64,000 nt of DNA. Origin: Carcharhinus amblyrhynchos. Lineage: Eukaryota. Numbering within the stretch: the stretch's first letter is position 1; each line of letters opens with the position of its first letter. The notes under the pieces are model-generated. The model saw only the letters and a list, made by a program, of their open reading frames with translations. It made no database searches and had not been told where the DNA came from. Positions 1-53,899 of the stretch are shown in pieces. The position numbers and the translations under genes were made by a program. Location: NCBI GenBank assembly GCA_965287045.1, contig OZ336892.1:38874001-38938000 (forward strand). Reading direction: 5' to 3'.

Positions 1-1085
1 TACTACCTCCATGTATACCTAGTGACTGAACCTTTTCTAACTAACCTCCCATGCGGGACCTTGTCAAAGGCCTTACTGAAGTTCATGTAGACAACGTCCG
101 CTGCCTCCCCTTCATCCACTTTCCTGGTAACCTCCTCAAAAAACTTTAATTGGTTAAACGTGACCTACCACGCACGAAGCCATGTTGACTCTCCCTAATA
201 AGTCCCTGTCCAAACATCTGTAGACCTTACCTCTTAGTACTCCTTCCAATAATTTACTTCCTACTGACATCAAACTTAACGGCCTGTAATTTCCCAGATT
301 ACTTTTTTGAGCCTTTTTTAAACAATGGAACAATATGAGCTATCCTCCAATCATCCGGCACCTTACTTGTGGGTACCGACATTTTAAATATATCTGCCAG
401 GGCCCCTGCTATTTCAACACTAGCCTCCTTCAAGGTCCGAGGGAATACCCTGTCCGGTCCTGGGGGTTTATCCACTCTGATTTGCTTCAAGAAAGCAAGC
501 ACCTCCTCCCTTTTAATCTGTATAGGTTCCATGACCTCCCTACTTGTTTGCCTTATTTCCATAGACTCCATGCCAGTTTCCTTAGTAAATATGGATGCGA
601 GAAACCCATTTAATATCTTCCCCATTTCTTTTGGTTTTCGATACAAAGTCAACCACTCTGATCTTCAAGAGGACCAATTTTATCCCTTCCTATCCTTTTG
701 CTGTTAATATAGCTGTGGAAGCTTTTAGGATTATCCTTCACCTTGACCGCCAAAGCAACCTCATATCATCTTTTAGCCCTCCTGATTTCCTTAAATAGTT
801 TCCTCACTTTTCATACTCCAAGCATCTTATTTGTTTCCTGTTGCCTATACATATACACTTCTGTCTTCTTTATCAGAGTTGCAATATCCCTCAAGAACCA
901 AGGTCCCTTATTCTTAATCACTTTGCCTTTAATCCTGACAGGAACATACAAATGCTGCACTCAAAATTTCTCCTTTTGATGGCCTCCCACTTAGCAATCA
1001 CATCCTTGCCAGAGAACAGCCTGTCCCAATCCACGCTTTTTAGATCCTTTCTCATTTCTTCAAATTTGGCTTTTTTCTGGTTTAG
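1..1085 (-). mobile_element. Decayed CR1 LINE ORF2 fragment
   Basis: ORF 299-652: DKPPGPDRVFPRTLKE...DWRIAHIVPLFKKG. Confidence 0.9.
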
Positions 1086-1335
1086 AACATAGAAAAACTA
1101 TAGCACAAACAGGCCCTTCAGCCCACAAGTTGCGCCGATCATATCCCTATCTGTTAGGCTTACCTATAACCCTCAATTCTATTCAGTGCTGTGTACTCAT
1201 CCAGAAGTCTCTTAAAAGACCCTTTCAAATTTGCCTCCACCACCCCTGACGGCAGTCGATTTCACTCACCCACTACCCTCTGAGTGAAAAACTAGCCCTT
1301 GATATCTCTTCTGTACCTACTCCCCAGCGCCTTAA
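1085..1335 (-). mobile_element. CR1 3' end fragment
   Basis: agaacatagaa tail, ggcccttcagccca hairpin, caccctctgagtgaaaaa motif. Confidence 0.75.
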
Positions 1336-1809
1336 AGAACCTCAATAATGGAAAATATTCGTAGGGCAGAAGAACAGGACTGTTTGGATCGTTCTTTTGG
1401 AGAACTAACGCAGGTGTGATTAATCAAAAGGCTTCCTTCTGTGTTTTGAGTTCAGTGATAACAGATAAGGGTGTTGTGGTATACAAGACATTTTAATTCC
1501 TTCCTTGCTGCACAATCTAATTAGAATACAATATTGCATGAAGTTGCAAACTAAAAGAGTACTATACATTTTCTTGTTTGAAAGAGTATTTTGCATACAT
1601 TGTTCACAGCGAGCATCATTTTAGAACTTGCTTCAGGTGTATTTGCTTCATTCAATTATGTGTCAGGACTATTTGGCAGGATTAGGAAGGTTCTGTAAGG
1701 AAGCCTTATGATGTTGTAACATGCATCAAAGGCAATTTCCCTGACTGAACATTGCGTGACATTGCTTTGGTAGCATACGGAGAAATAAGGTTCTACAATT
1801 TAAAAAAAA

Positions 1810-1950
1810 ATTAGTGTCACAAGTAGGCTTACATTAACACAGCAATGAAGTTACTGTTCAAAATCCTCTAGTCGCCACACTCTGGCTCCTGTTCGGGTAC
1901 ATTGAGGAAGAATTTAGTAGTGTTAAACCACTGTGCCACCATGCTGCCCT
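1810..1950 (-). mobile_element. Internally deleted tRNA-derived SINE
   Basis: Shares its 3' body and head with the copy at 59209-59510. Confidence 0.75.
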
Positions 1951-2199
1951 TTGTTTTCTATAATAATTGGATTTTCCGGTCCTGCCATGGCTTGTTTTTC
2001 TGCGGTGGATGTGGTCTGCCATTCATTCTGTTGGCTTCGATGGGACCGGCTGGAAAATCACAGCCATTATTTCTGTTCAAATTCAAAGCAGGTTATGTTT
2101 TCTATTTTAATGTGTATCATGAAAAGTGGAGTGTAAGGAATTCAAACAAATATTGTGTAAAGCCATTGTAAGTTATTGAATCTATCATTAGAAGCTTAA

Positions 2200-42984
<40,785 letters not shown>

Positions 42985-44878
42985 TAGGAACACATATGAG
43001 TGCAGTAAGTTTAGCTTTTAGTGGGCTTCTGCAGCCAGCTCATGGAACATCTAGTGGTTCCTCTCTGCCAGCAATGTCTTTGCTAGGGTTTCCCTCTGGT
43101 ATATTTAGAGTTGTTACTGCCACATCTACGTAAAATGGCCTGTTCTTTCCTTTTGCTATTACGCACTTACACCACTTAAACTCTGCATGCTCTAATTTTT
43201 GTTGTACTAAATTAACATAATTTGGATGGCAGGAGGAGATAAGTTGCAGCCTATATTTTTGCAATGAAGTGTGAAGCTGATTGCAAATGAAAAATCATCA
43301 TGGTTTTAATACATTTTCATCGCAGAGTCTAATGGAAGTACACAACCTGCTCAAATAGTAATCTTTAAGGACTTTTAAAGCTGTCTCTCTTTCTCTTCCA
43401 CCATCACCTCCCTCCCCCCCCCCCCCCCCCCAACCAATTTAAAATCCTACTTTCCTCCCCAGTTTTCATCACTTATTTATCCCAATGAAAGCAGGAGAAA
43501 AATCAGTTGGGAAAAGTTTGGGCCTTAAAATCCTGGGAAATTCTGAGAAATTAAGTTTTCATATACTTAAGGAAAAAATGAGTTTTTATTTTTATAAGTT
43601 GTTAAAACTCTAAACAAGTGCTAGTTTTAAAGTATAGTCATACTAAATGGAGAATCCATAATTACTTACACAGTTCACGCATCACTTTTATGGGATTCAC
43701 CATCAAATCCTGATTTCAGCTGTGGACAGTGTTTTAAAAAAGATTGAAGAACTTTTGCTTGTGGCTCCAACCACGTACCTGCCATTATAATGGTGTGACA
43801 TTAAAAATTGGAGATTTTGCACAGAGAATAGTTGTAATCTTACTTTTAGTAAACACTGCCCCCAATAATTGATCTGAGTTGAAGTAAAGTTAAAGTTTAT
43901 TTATTAATCACATCAACACTAATGAAATTACTGTGAAAATTAGCCTTTCATTGATGAGCTCATAAGACTTGGTAACTGTTACTGCCCTACTGTTCTTACT
44001 CCATGCTTAAGCTAGTGAAAGATTCATTGACAACATTTGCTGCAGCTGAAAAAAGTCCTATACCGTACCAAAAAACGCAGATCCATCTTATTTTTAAAAA
44101 CACACAATATTTATTTCTCTTCCGGGCAGAACATGGATCCAGAGATGCTGTGCAAGTCAGATACCTCCACGTAGCACTTTTGTGCTGACTTCACAGGTGT
44201 GACTCCCAAGGCATGTTCAGATCCTACTTTTGCAAGAAAAAGGAACCTCAGCCCTTCCAGCCTGCTCTGCTGTTCAATCAGATCATGGCTGATCTCTCTC
44301 TGGTCTCAAATCCACAAAGGGAAATGTGGAGCTTTTTGTCTCTGATTTGAGAGGGAATTAATTTTTACCGACATACACCCAGAGGGAAAAAAGGAGTTTA
44401 CTGGTGTGAATTAGTTAAAAAATTATTTGTGACCCCAAGTTAGCTTACTGAAATTAATGGTCCCCTTACCATCTTTAGATCAGATTGAATTTAAGAAAGA
44501 ACACTAACCATCCTTTCCAAAGCTTTCAGGTTACCATTCTTAAGTTATATGGATGAAGAATTTAAATTTAAGCTTCCTTTCTTCTTTGAGAAATTTGAAT
44601 AAGTATCAGATATCCATTTGACTGATGGGGCGTAGGAGATGGTGACTGCTTCTCTCTCAATGGCCGCTTGCTTCTATATTCTCTTCTGCTCTGCTTATAC
44701 TATTTCTACATTGCTGGTCTTGGGCAATTTTGTGGTTTGAAATCCTCTTTGTTGACATTTCTAAGAATGTAAGTCTTAATGTGAACTGCATTAACATGAA
44801 AATATATTTGTCTCAGTCTTGGGCTCAGCCTTACTAATTATTTATTTTCATATATTTATTCATATTAATTACTTGCAG

Positions 44879-45180
44879 GACCTGATGTCAGTCTGCATGA
44901 GAAATCCCAGCCTCCAGAAACATCCGATGGAGAGGTGTGAAGCTTCAGAAAGCTTGGGCATCAGCTGTGTATTATAACTGTACAACATAGGAAAAATGTT
45001 TGCTTATATCCAGACCTTTTTGTACCATTGGAAAGAATTTTTTTTCTTTTTTTAATCAGCACAAGATAAATTGCTTCTGTGAAATTCACCAAATTTTGTC
45101 TCTTTGGTTGAGGGAGTGTTCTGTACATCTGACTTGTCAACCACAATACCTTTATTAAAGTGAAGAAAAAATACTTGCCT
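44879..45180 (+). other. GTF2I: Probable terminal 3'UTR exon of GTF2I
   Basis: Branch-like tactaat, T-rich tract and ttgcag|G acceptor; ATTAAA at 45154-45159 followed by GT/T-rich sequence; 3' end approximate. Confidence 0.6.
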
Positions 45181-46129
45181 TGTACTGGTGACGCTGTTTG
45201 TTTTGAATGTTAATGACATCTGTTTTAGCACTTTTCAGTGATACAGATAAAACATTGATTATTTTAACTGATTGCATTGTTTGTTTGCACACAAACTATA
45301 TGATGTTTCTAGAAACAGTGAAAAGTATTTGAGTATTTTCTCCTTTTGTTATCCCTGGTAGATGGTAGGAGGGAGGAGTCAAGAAAATGTAGTTGTACAC
45401 TGTCTCCAGGAGTCTGTTTATTTCAGTCAATGAAGAGAAACTACCCTCCCTGCAGGGAAGTAGCTCACTCATTGGAGAATTTGGAAGATGAAGTGTGAGT
45501 TTGAATACAAGTTCCCCAGCATCTTGCATTTATTCTACCTCCTGTAGAAATAATACTTTTGTTGGAATGTTCAAATTGATGAAACAATCATCCTGTCTTG
45601 TTAATAAGATCTGGAATGGTAAAGCTTCAGTGCGACTGGGATCTTGTTCTTTACAAATAAGCTTGCTTCAAGAAATATTTTGATTGGAAAAATGTGTACT
45701 TAAATCTGCTATTTTAGAAATGAGTGTGTGAAACCAGGCAATTATAGACCTATTTTTAAAATTTATTCTTTATTATTTCAAGGAATGTGGGCTAGCCCAG
45801 CATTTGTAGTCTTGTAGCCCATCACTTGAACTGAGTGGCTTACACAGCCACTTCAGAGGGCAATTAAGAAGCAACCGCATTGCTGTGGGTCTCAGGTAAC
45901 ATTCTAAGGATTCCTTCCCTAAAGTGAATCAGGTGGCTTTTTTACAACAATCATGATAATTGTCATGAGACTAACTTTGTATTCCAGATTTGTAAATTCC
46001 ACCAGCTGCCATGGTGAGATTTGAACCCCAAAGCATTAGCCTGGGCCTCGGGATCACAAGGCCAGGGACATCTGTAAATACACACCACCGTTGTTAGACA
46101 AGGATAGATGATTGGACACTGAAAATCTT

Positions 46130-49100
46130 TGCTGGATCAGAGAAAACCAACGTGGATTTATAAACAGAAACCTTTTGACTGTGATAAACCAGTGAACAGG
46201 ATAATGTCTATACTTGTAATCCAAATGGAATTCTGGAAGGCACTTGATAATATCTCTCATGAGAGACTATTAGTTAAAGTAGAATTGAAGGCAAATTATT
46301 GACATGTATAATGGTTAGTATTGTAATCAGTGAGATGATGCCCTGTAAGAATCTGGGATTGCAACTAGTTTTCATATCTATACTTATGATTAGTAATGAC
46401 TCAAAGAAAGATGTGGTAAGCAGTGATGGTGGAAGTATAAAATTACAAAGAGACTTTGTTAGATTAGTGAATGACCAAAAACTGGCATTTGGATTTTAGT
46501 GTAGGCAAATGTGAGGTCATCCTCTTTGGATCTAAAAAGAATACAGGGTAATAAGAAAATGGAAGTGGGGGGGCCCAAAGAGACTTGATTCAAGATCATG
46601 GTTAAAATGTCATGAGCAGGTGGAGAGTGTCAAATTTGTGGGAGGCATTTGAAAGTGAGATTCTATAGGCACAAAACACATCACCAAATCTAGATCCACC
46701 TGCTTGTTCAGCAGCAGGAAAAACAAGTTTATGACAGTTACAAAAACCTAAATATTTTCACAAGTTGACAAGCATCTAGANNNNNNNNNNNNNNNNNNNN
46801 NNNNNNNNNNNNNNNNNNNNNNNNNNNNNNNNNNNNNNNNNNNNNNNNNNNNNNNNNNNNNNNNNNNNNNNNNNNNNNNNNNNNNNNNNNNNNNNNNNNN
46901 NNNNNNNNNNNNNNNNNNNNNNNNNNNNNNNNNNNNNNNNNNNNNNNNNNNNNNNNNNNNNNNNNNNNNNNNNNNNNNNNNNNNNNNNNNNNNNNNNNNN
47001 NNNNNNNNNNNNNNNNNNNNNNNNNNNNNNNNNNNNNNNNNNNNNNNNNNNNNNNNNNNNNNNNNNNNNNNNNNNNNNNNNNCATGTGGAAAAACGCACC
47101 CCTTGCATCTCTTAAACTTTCACCCCCTCGCGTTCAACCTATATCCCTGAGTAACTGATCCTTTGACCCTGGGAGGGAAAAAAAAGCTGACTATCCACTT
47201 ATCCAAGCCTGTCATAATCTTGTCACCAGCATCCTCCAGTGCTCCAATGGAAACAATCCAAGTTTGTTCAATCTTTCTTCATTGTCCATATTCTCCATAC
47301 CAGGCAACATCCTGGTAAATCTCTTCTGTACCTTTTCCAATGCATCAACATCCTTCTGGTACTGTGGTGACCATAATTATACACACTATTTCAAATGTGG
47401 CCTCACCAAAGTTTTAGACAGCTGCAACATAATTTTCCAATTCCTATAGTCAACACCCCAACTGATGAAGGCCAGCATGTCCAGCTGAGTTGCCACCTTC
47501 AGAGAACTGTGCATCTGGGCACATAGATACCTCTATATGCTAATATTTCTAAGAAGGGCAGTACCATTTACTACATACTTCTGCAGGAGGCCTTCCAACT
47601 CACATCACCTCACATATGTCTGGGTTAAATTTATTGTGGGGAAATTACCACCTTGGAATCGACTGGGGATGCAACAATACAGTTTTATTTAACAAAACTT
47701 CATGGAGAAAAGGCACTGGCACTCCACAGTACTGGGCAGCTACCTTCTCCAATAATAATAGGAACAGTTTATTTTTATACCTTTCAGACAATGGATAGTC
47801 TGGACATTAGCTATTTAACACAATTATAGTTGAGTAGGATTGATAGCCAGACATAGGCATTTAACATTGCATTGTTTCATAGAATGGATACATTTCCTCT
47901 ATCGGTGACTATCAGTGACTTAGTTTTGATTTCTACATGCAGTAATTGGTTATCCTGCATTTATGTATTCCTGTTCCCATTTATGGCTAGTCTCCTTTAT
48001 TGTCCCAGGTCTATCCTTAAAAGTGCCTCAAGCTCCCTACTGACTTCCTGCAGTATCTGATTCCTGCATGTTTAACTTTTTAAATAACTGTGTCCTGCAT
48101 GTTTTTAGTTTCAAGTAACTGGCCATGCTAAAAGTCAGTGCCTGTTTAATGTCTCTTTCCCAGGTAACTTTTTTATGTGCCAGATAGCCATCTGTGATTT
48201 TTTTTTTTTCCCACTACAAATTCCATCTGCCATCTTTTGGCCCAGGCCTCCAGCTGATTGATATCCTGCTGTATCCTCTGACAATCCTCACTACTCACTA
48301 CTCCCCCAACTTTTGCAACTTTACCTTGCATCTCATTTGACTTCACCTTCTGTATCAGTCTGCCATGAGGAACCTTAACGAAGGCTTTACTGAAGTCCAC
48401 ATATATATCTATTAACCTGTCTTGGTCAATTTTTCTTGGAGTGAGGTTAAAGAAAAAGGAAAGAGGATACCCCAAGAAAAATTGGCAGGTAAAATCAAAG
48501 AAAACACACAATGTTTACAGGTACATGAGAACAAGAGAATAACTAAGGAAAGGATAAGGATCAAACGTACATAATAACTGATGCAGAAGATGTGGGTAGG
48601 GTTCTCAATGAGTACTTTTGCTTTCACTGATGATGCAGACAGTAGTTCATGGTGTGAAATACTAATACAGTTAGCATTATGCAAGAAGAAATACTGGAGG
48701 GACTGATAGTTGAAGGTGGATAAATCACTAGGGCCAGATGGATTGTATCCTAGGCTATTAGAAGAAGCCAGAAAGGACGTAACAAATGCTGAGGATTATT
48801 TTCCAATCTACACTAGATACAGGTGATCCACCAGAGGATTGGTGGTCTGCAAATATTGTATCATATTTTAAAAAAAATGCAAGGGATAGGCCAGAAAATA
48901 TGCCAACCCGTCTGACTTCAGCGATGAGCAAAGTATTAGTAAGAATTTTGAAAGACGAGATAAACTGTCACTTAGGCATGATTTGTTCAGGGATAGCACA
49001 GCTTTGTTAGTAAATGATTTTAAGTATCAATTACTGACATTGAGGTAATAAAAATCTAGGTGATGCAGTGGCTGCTGTCTACATTGATTTTAGGAAGCCA

Positions 49101-49300
49101 TTTGACAAGGCATGGCAGACTACTGGATATAGGGGAAAGTGGTGAGCTCAGTACAAAATTGACTCAGCAACAGGAAGGGCAGTGGTTGATGGATGATTTT
49201 GCATATGGAAAGCAGTTTCTAGTAATGTTCCACAGGACTGATTCCATGTTGGGGTCCTTTGTTGTTGTTGAATTTCAAATCATTAGTATATTTAATGTGG
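46130..49300. mobile_element. Cluster of CR1 fragments in both orientations around the gap
   Basis: YVDFSKAFVKVPHGRL, WQMEF, PEDWWSANIV motifs. Confidence 0.75.
46781..47082. other. Assembly gap (302 N)
   Basis: Run of N. Confidence 1.
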
Positions 49301-49879
49301 AAAGCATGGTTGTGACCTGTTTCCCCGAGTAGTTCACTTTGTCTCTGTCTCTGAAAGATCAGGGAAAAAAGTTAAAGTTATATAGTGCTGTAACATGGCA
49401 ATATTTATACTTTTCTGCAAGCTTTGCTTGCCTGGATGCCCTGTGGAGTGATGAATACTTAACAACAACAACAGATCTACTTGTGGTCAAGATATATTTG
49501 ATGCAGCATGGTTAAACCAGTTACCCACCAGATGCTCTGAAGTCTTTGTCCTTTGGATTTGAGGGTGTAAAGATTACTGCCATGTTTCAAAACTACAGGC
49601 TGCTGTCATCCAACGTTTTATAAAATGTGGAAATCCTATGAGGAAAGACCTCTCCTCCATTCTTTGATGATCTTGGCTGTCAGACTGGGCGTAGCATTGG
49701 TCAACGTGTACCCTAAAAACCGATAATCTGGTGTTCTACCCTTCCCAGGTCACCTGTGCATTTCTTGGAGGCTAATTATGTCAGACTGAGGAAAGCAATT
49801 TGAAAAAGTCCCTGGCCAATGGTGTCATGGGCAGAACTGCTTCCAAATAATCACTATACCAAATACTTAAAGACAGACT

Positions 49880-49885
49880 TTTATT
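49880..49885 (-). terminator. Probable POLR2J polyadenylation signal
   Basis: AATAAA on minus strand, about 107 nt after the stop codon. Confidence 0.65.
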
Positions 49886-49992
49886 TTATCTACACAGCAA
49901 GACATTAAACAATGATACAATATGTGAAAAAAAAATTCTGTACTAAAAATACATCTTCTGCCACAATATTCAAGAAATGAAGTGACAACTGC

Positions 49993-50028
49993 TCATTCAA
50001 TTCCTTCTTGTTTATCTTTGATGGCAAC
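49993..50028 (-). CDS. POLR2J: RPB11 last coding exon (RPB11a-type C-terminus)
   Basis: ttccag|GTT GCC ATC AAA GAT AAA CAA GAA GGA ATT GAA TGA = VAIKDKQEGIE*. Confidence 0.96.
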   Translation of the reverse strand, partial: VAIKDKQEGIE

Positions 50029-51589
50029 CTGGAATAGAAAATAATTTTTTTGTGGTTTTTGTTAATGATAAACATTTATCATTGCAATAAAGTGGGGGAT
50101 CATCTTCCTAACATAATTGTCCTTTTTAAAAAAGACAAAGATTAGCATGGAACCAAATCAAAGGCAAAAAACATTCTGAATTTCTGCTGAGGATGGTGAG
50201 CAATCAAATACTTCTAGATTATTGATGTTTAATTGGGTACAACTCATTCTTCCAGCCAGATTCCCTGAATACTAATAACAAACACATTTTTCTTTCTTCC
50301 CTTCTGTGGGTTCAGAGGGAAGACAGCTGCAGCTCCCTCTATTCCCAGATTATAACAAACCAGGAATTTCAGTGGGAGCCTGAAAGGTGATGTTAGGAAT
50401 CACACCACACTTCCCAATGAACCATGGTCAATGTAATAAAACTGTCTTGTGTACATGGGAAAAGGATGATTGTATCATAAACAAACTGGTCAAGATAATA
50501 ACTTTGAAAAGTTAAATAGAGGAGAAATGTACAATTCAATAGACTTTTCTGCACAGTGTTATGATCCAAGTTGGTGTTACTGCTGGACAGGAAGATTCCA
50601 GAATGCAACCCTTGCTCAAGAGCATAACTTTTACTTTATTTTTAGATGTGGAGGAACAGTCACAGGATCCCTAATTGTTTTGATGACAATAGAATACACC
50701 TTTACTCCCCACTTAGCTTCACAAATGTATAGATCTCAAAGATAACACCCCACTCTGAGATCAAATAGCTGATGCCACTCAACTGACGTTTTGTGGAATT
50801 CTGCACCCCACCCAAGCTGATTATCACTAGTGTTTCCAAACTCCAGTCCCAAAAAAACATACTTTAAAATTACTTCAATCAGCTTTTCGCATTAAGAATC
50901 TATTCCAGGTTTTCTAACCACCCTTTCAAACAAGCTTCTGCTATGGTTTATAGAAAGTAACCCAGCTACAGACTCTCCATCTCTTTTCAGGTTTTCTTTG
51001 TCTTAACTTCTTTTACACAAATTCTGAGATCTAGCCACTGATTTCCAATTATTTCAACTCGCTCTCCAAAGGCTGTATTGAAGTTCCACAAACCTTAATG
51101 TAGCTTGTCCATGGCCAACCTCATCAGCTCTTCTCTCTCCAGAACTGTCTTTAACTTCCATAAACCATATCCTGTTCCCAAAAGCAGTTCCTCTTTATTC
51201 CTTTAATTTCAGACTTTGGAGACTTTTCTTCATTTCTCTAGTTTCCTTAACTAGCTATTCTTTAAGTTTCCTACACTTATTTTCTTAACCATTATTCTGG
51301 TATGGCTTTTAGCAAAGCTGAGAGAGATGTTCCCTCTCTAGCCTACTAACACCAACTGCTATGAAACCAGTTCAAATTAAACCCAAAGCATTCCTATGCT
51401 AAAGGTGCACCTGATTACTAAGTAACAATTTTATGCTCCCAGCATGTTTACTTCTAATGCTGTAACTTTCTAAGCCCAACAGAAGCACAGTTTTATCTGA
51501 AATCAAACATCTATGTCTAGAATGAATCTAATAGGTTTATCCTTCCGAATATAGAAACATTAAACCCACTTGAGACACAGGATCTACAG

Positions 51590-52920
51590 GCATTTAGAGA
51601 TGCAAGGACTGATTAGGGACAGCATGGCTTTGAGAGTGGAAAATCATGTCTCACAAATTTGATTGAGTTTTTTGAAGGGATAATCAAGAACGTAGATGAG
51701 GGCAGTGCAGTGGATGTTGTCTACATGGATTTTAGCAAGGCCTTTGGCAAGGTACCGCATCGTAGGTTGTTGCAGAAAGTTAAATCTCACGGGATCCAGG
51801 GTGAGGTAGCTGAATGGATACAAAATTGGCTTCTTCACAGAAACCAGAGGGTGGTTGTAGAGCATTGTTTTTCAAACTGGAGGCCTGTGACCAGCAGTGT
51901 GCCTCAGGGATCAGTGCTGGGCCCACTATTATTTGTCATCTATATTAATGATTTGGATGAGAATATAGGGGGCATGGTTAGTAAGTTTGCAGATGACACC
52001 AAGATTGGTGGCACAGTGGACAGTTAAGAAAATTATCTCCGATTGCAATGGGATCTTGATCAATTGGGCCAGTGAACTGACGAATAGCAGATGGAGTTTA
52101 ATTTAGACAAATGTGAGGTGATGCATTTTGGTAGATTGAACCAGGGCAGGACTTACTCAGTCAATGGTAGGGTGTGGGGAGAGTTACAGAACAAAGAGAT
52201 CTAGGAGTACATGTTCATAGCTCAGGTGGGACATACATGTTCAGGTGGACAGAGGGGCGAAGAAGGCATTCGACATGTTTGGTTTCATCGGTCAGAACAG
52301 TGAATACTGGAGTTGGGACGTCTTGTTAAAGTTGTACAAGACATTGGTAAGGCCACACCTGGAATACTGCGTGCAATTCTGGTCACCCTACTATAGAAAG
52401 GATATTGTCAAACTAGAAAGAGTGCCAAAAAGATTTACTAGAATGCTACTGGGACTTGATGGATTGAGTTATAAGGAGAGGCTGAATAGACTAGGACTTT
52501 TTTCTCTGGAGCGTAGAGGCTGAGGGGTGACCTTATAGGGGTCTATAACATAATGAGGGGCATAGACAAGGTAGATAGTCAATATCTTTTCCCAAAGGTA
52601 GGGGAGTCTAAAACTAGAGGGCACGTGTTTAAGGCAAGAGGAGACAGATGCAAAAGTATCCAGAGAGGCAATTTTTCCCACACAGAGGGTCGGGAGTGTC
52701 TGGAACAAGCTGCCAGAGGTAGAAGTGGGTACAATTTTATCTTTTAAAAAGCATTTAGATAGTTACATGGATACGATGAGTATAGAGGAATATGGGCCAA
52801 ATGTGGGCAATTGGGATTAGCTTAGGGGTTTTAAAAAATTGGGAGCATAAAATTGTTACTTAGTAATCAGGTGCAAGTTGGACCGAAGGACCCGTTTCTA
52901 TGCTGTAAAACTCTGACTCT
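51590..52920 (+). mobile_element. CR1 LINE RT and 3' end
   Basis: [53 protein letters not shown]. Confidence 0.95.
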
Positions 52921-53899
52921 ATAAATCTATACCTTATTTCTACTATTTAACAATACAATTAAAAATCCCATAAAACTACCTGTTATCCTGATCAATAGTT
53001 AGTCAAAGTTTAATAGTATTAGATGGACAAAAAACACCTGATACAATAATCTGTCCAGAATCTACCACAGAAGAAGATGCAACAGAATAGTATTAGAAAC
53101 CCGTTTGGTCACAAGTGGTACAAATCATGTCAAACTGCTATCAAAAGACAACATATCCACTTGGTTGAAGCCACTAAAGATGACAGAATCACAATAGCAA
53201 CTGTGGTATGGTGAATTTCTGAATCCCTTTCTAATCTGAGCCAAGGCTGTAACTTGCCCTATTATTTCTGACAATGCCAGTCAGTGCTAATTAACAAAGA
53301 CTGACCACCTCTACCTCCGAGGAGAAATGCACATCTTTTGCCTGACATCTAGGCAATATGGTGATTTCAAGAACCCACCACAATACTGAAAGATGAGTCA
53401 TTTTTGGAAGTAATGCTCTAGGCTATAATTGGACAGATAACAGTGAGACTTGTTGGGAGGGGCAGGGATGCAGGTAGGGCAGTCCTACTGAGCTGAACAA
53501 CAGAGCAGTGGAATTGGTATGGGACAACGTACGTTATTTGAATGCTGTGGTAGGAGCAGGAGTTACAAGAAAGGCATGAATTTAAGTAGTGACAGCACGT
53601 TCAAGAAGTTTTGGAAAGAAGTTGAAATCAGGGTTGTTGGAAGAATGGAGGGTCGGGAGGCAGATGTCTCGAAGGAAGTGCCTGGCAATTTTGAGCTGGA
53701 TTAGAAAGGAGACAGCGGTTTTCAAGGTTAATATGGGGAAAGGGCAGATAAGAGTTGGGAGGGTGGTCAATAGCTTAGTGAGAATGAGGTTATGGGAGTA
53801 GGAGGTGAAACTCAGTGAAGTAAACTCAGAGAAGGCAATAAGGACACTGGTTCAGAGTAGAATAAAGCAGGAGGAAGCCTGGAGGGAAGTCTGGGTCAG

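Noticed and set aside
43405-43431. Poly-C tract (G-run on the minus strand)
   Set aside because: Simple homopolymer of unreliable length with no functional context.
46738-47108. Poly-X ORFs in the supplied track
   Set aside because: Artefacts of translating the N gap.
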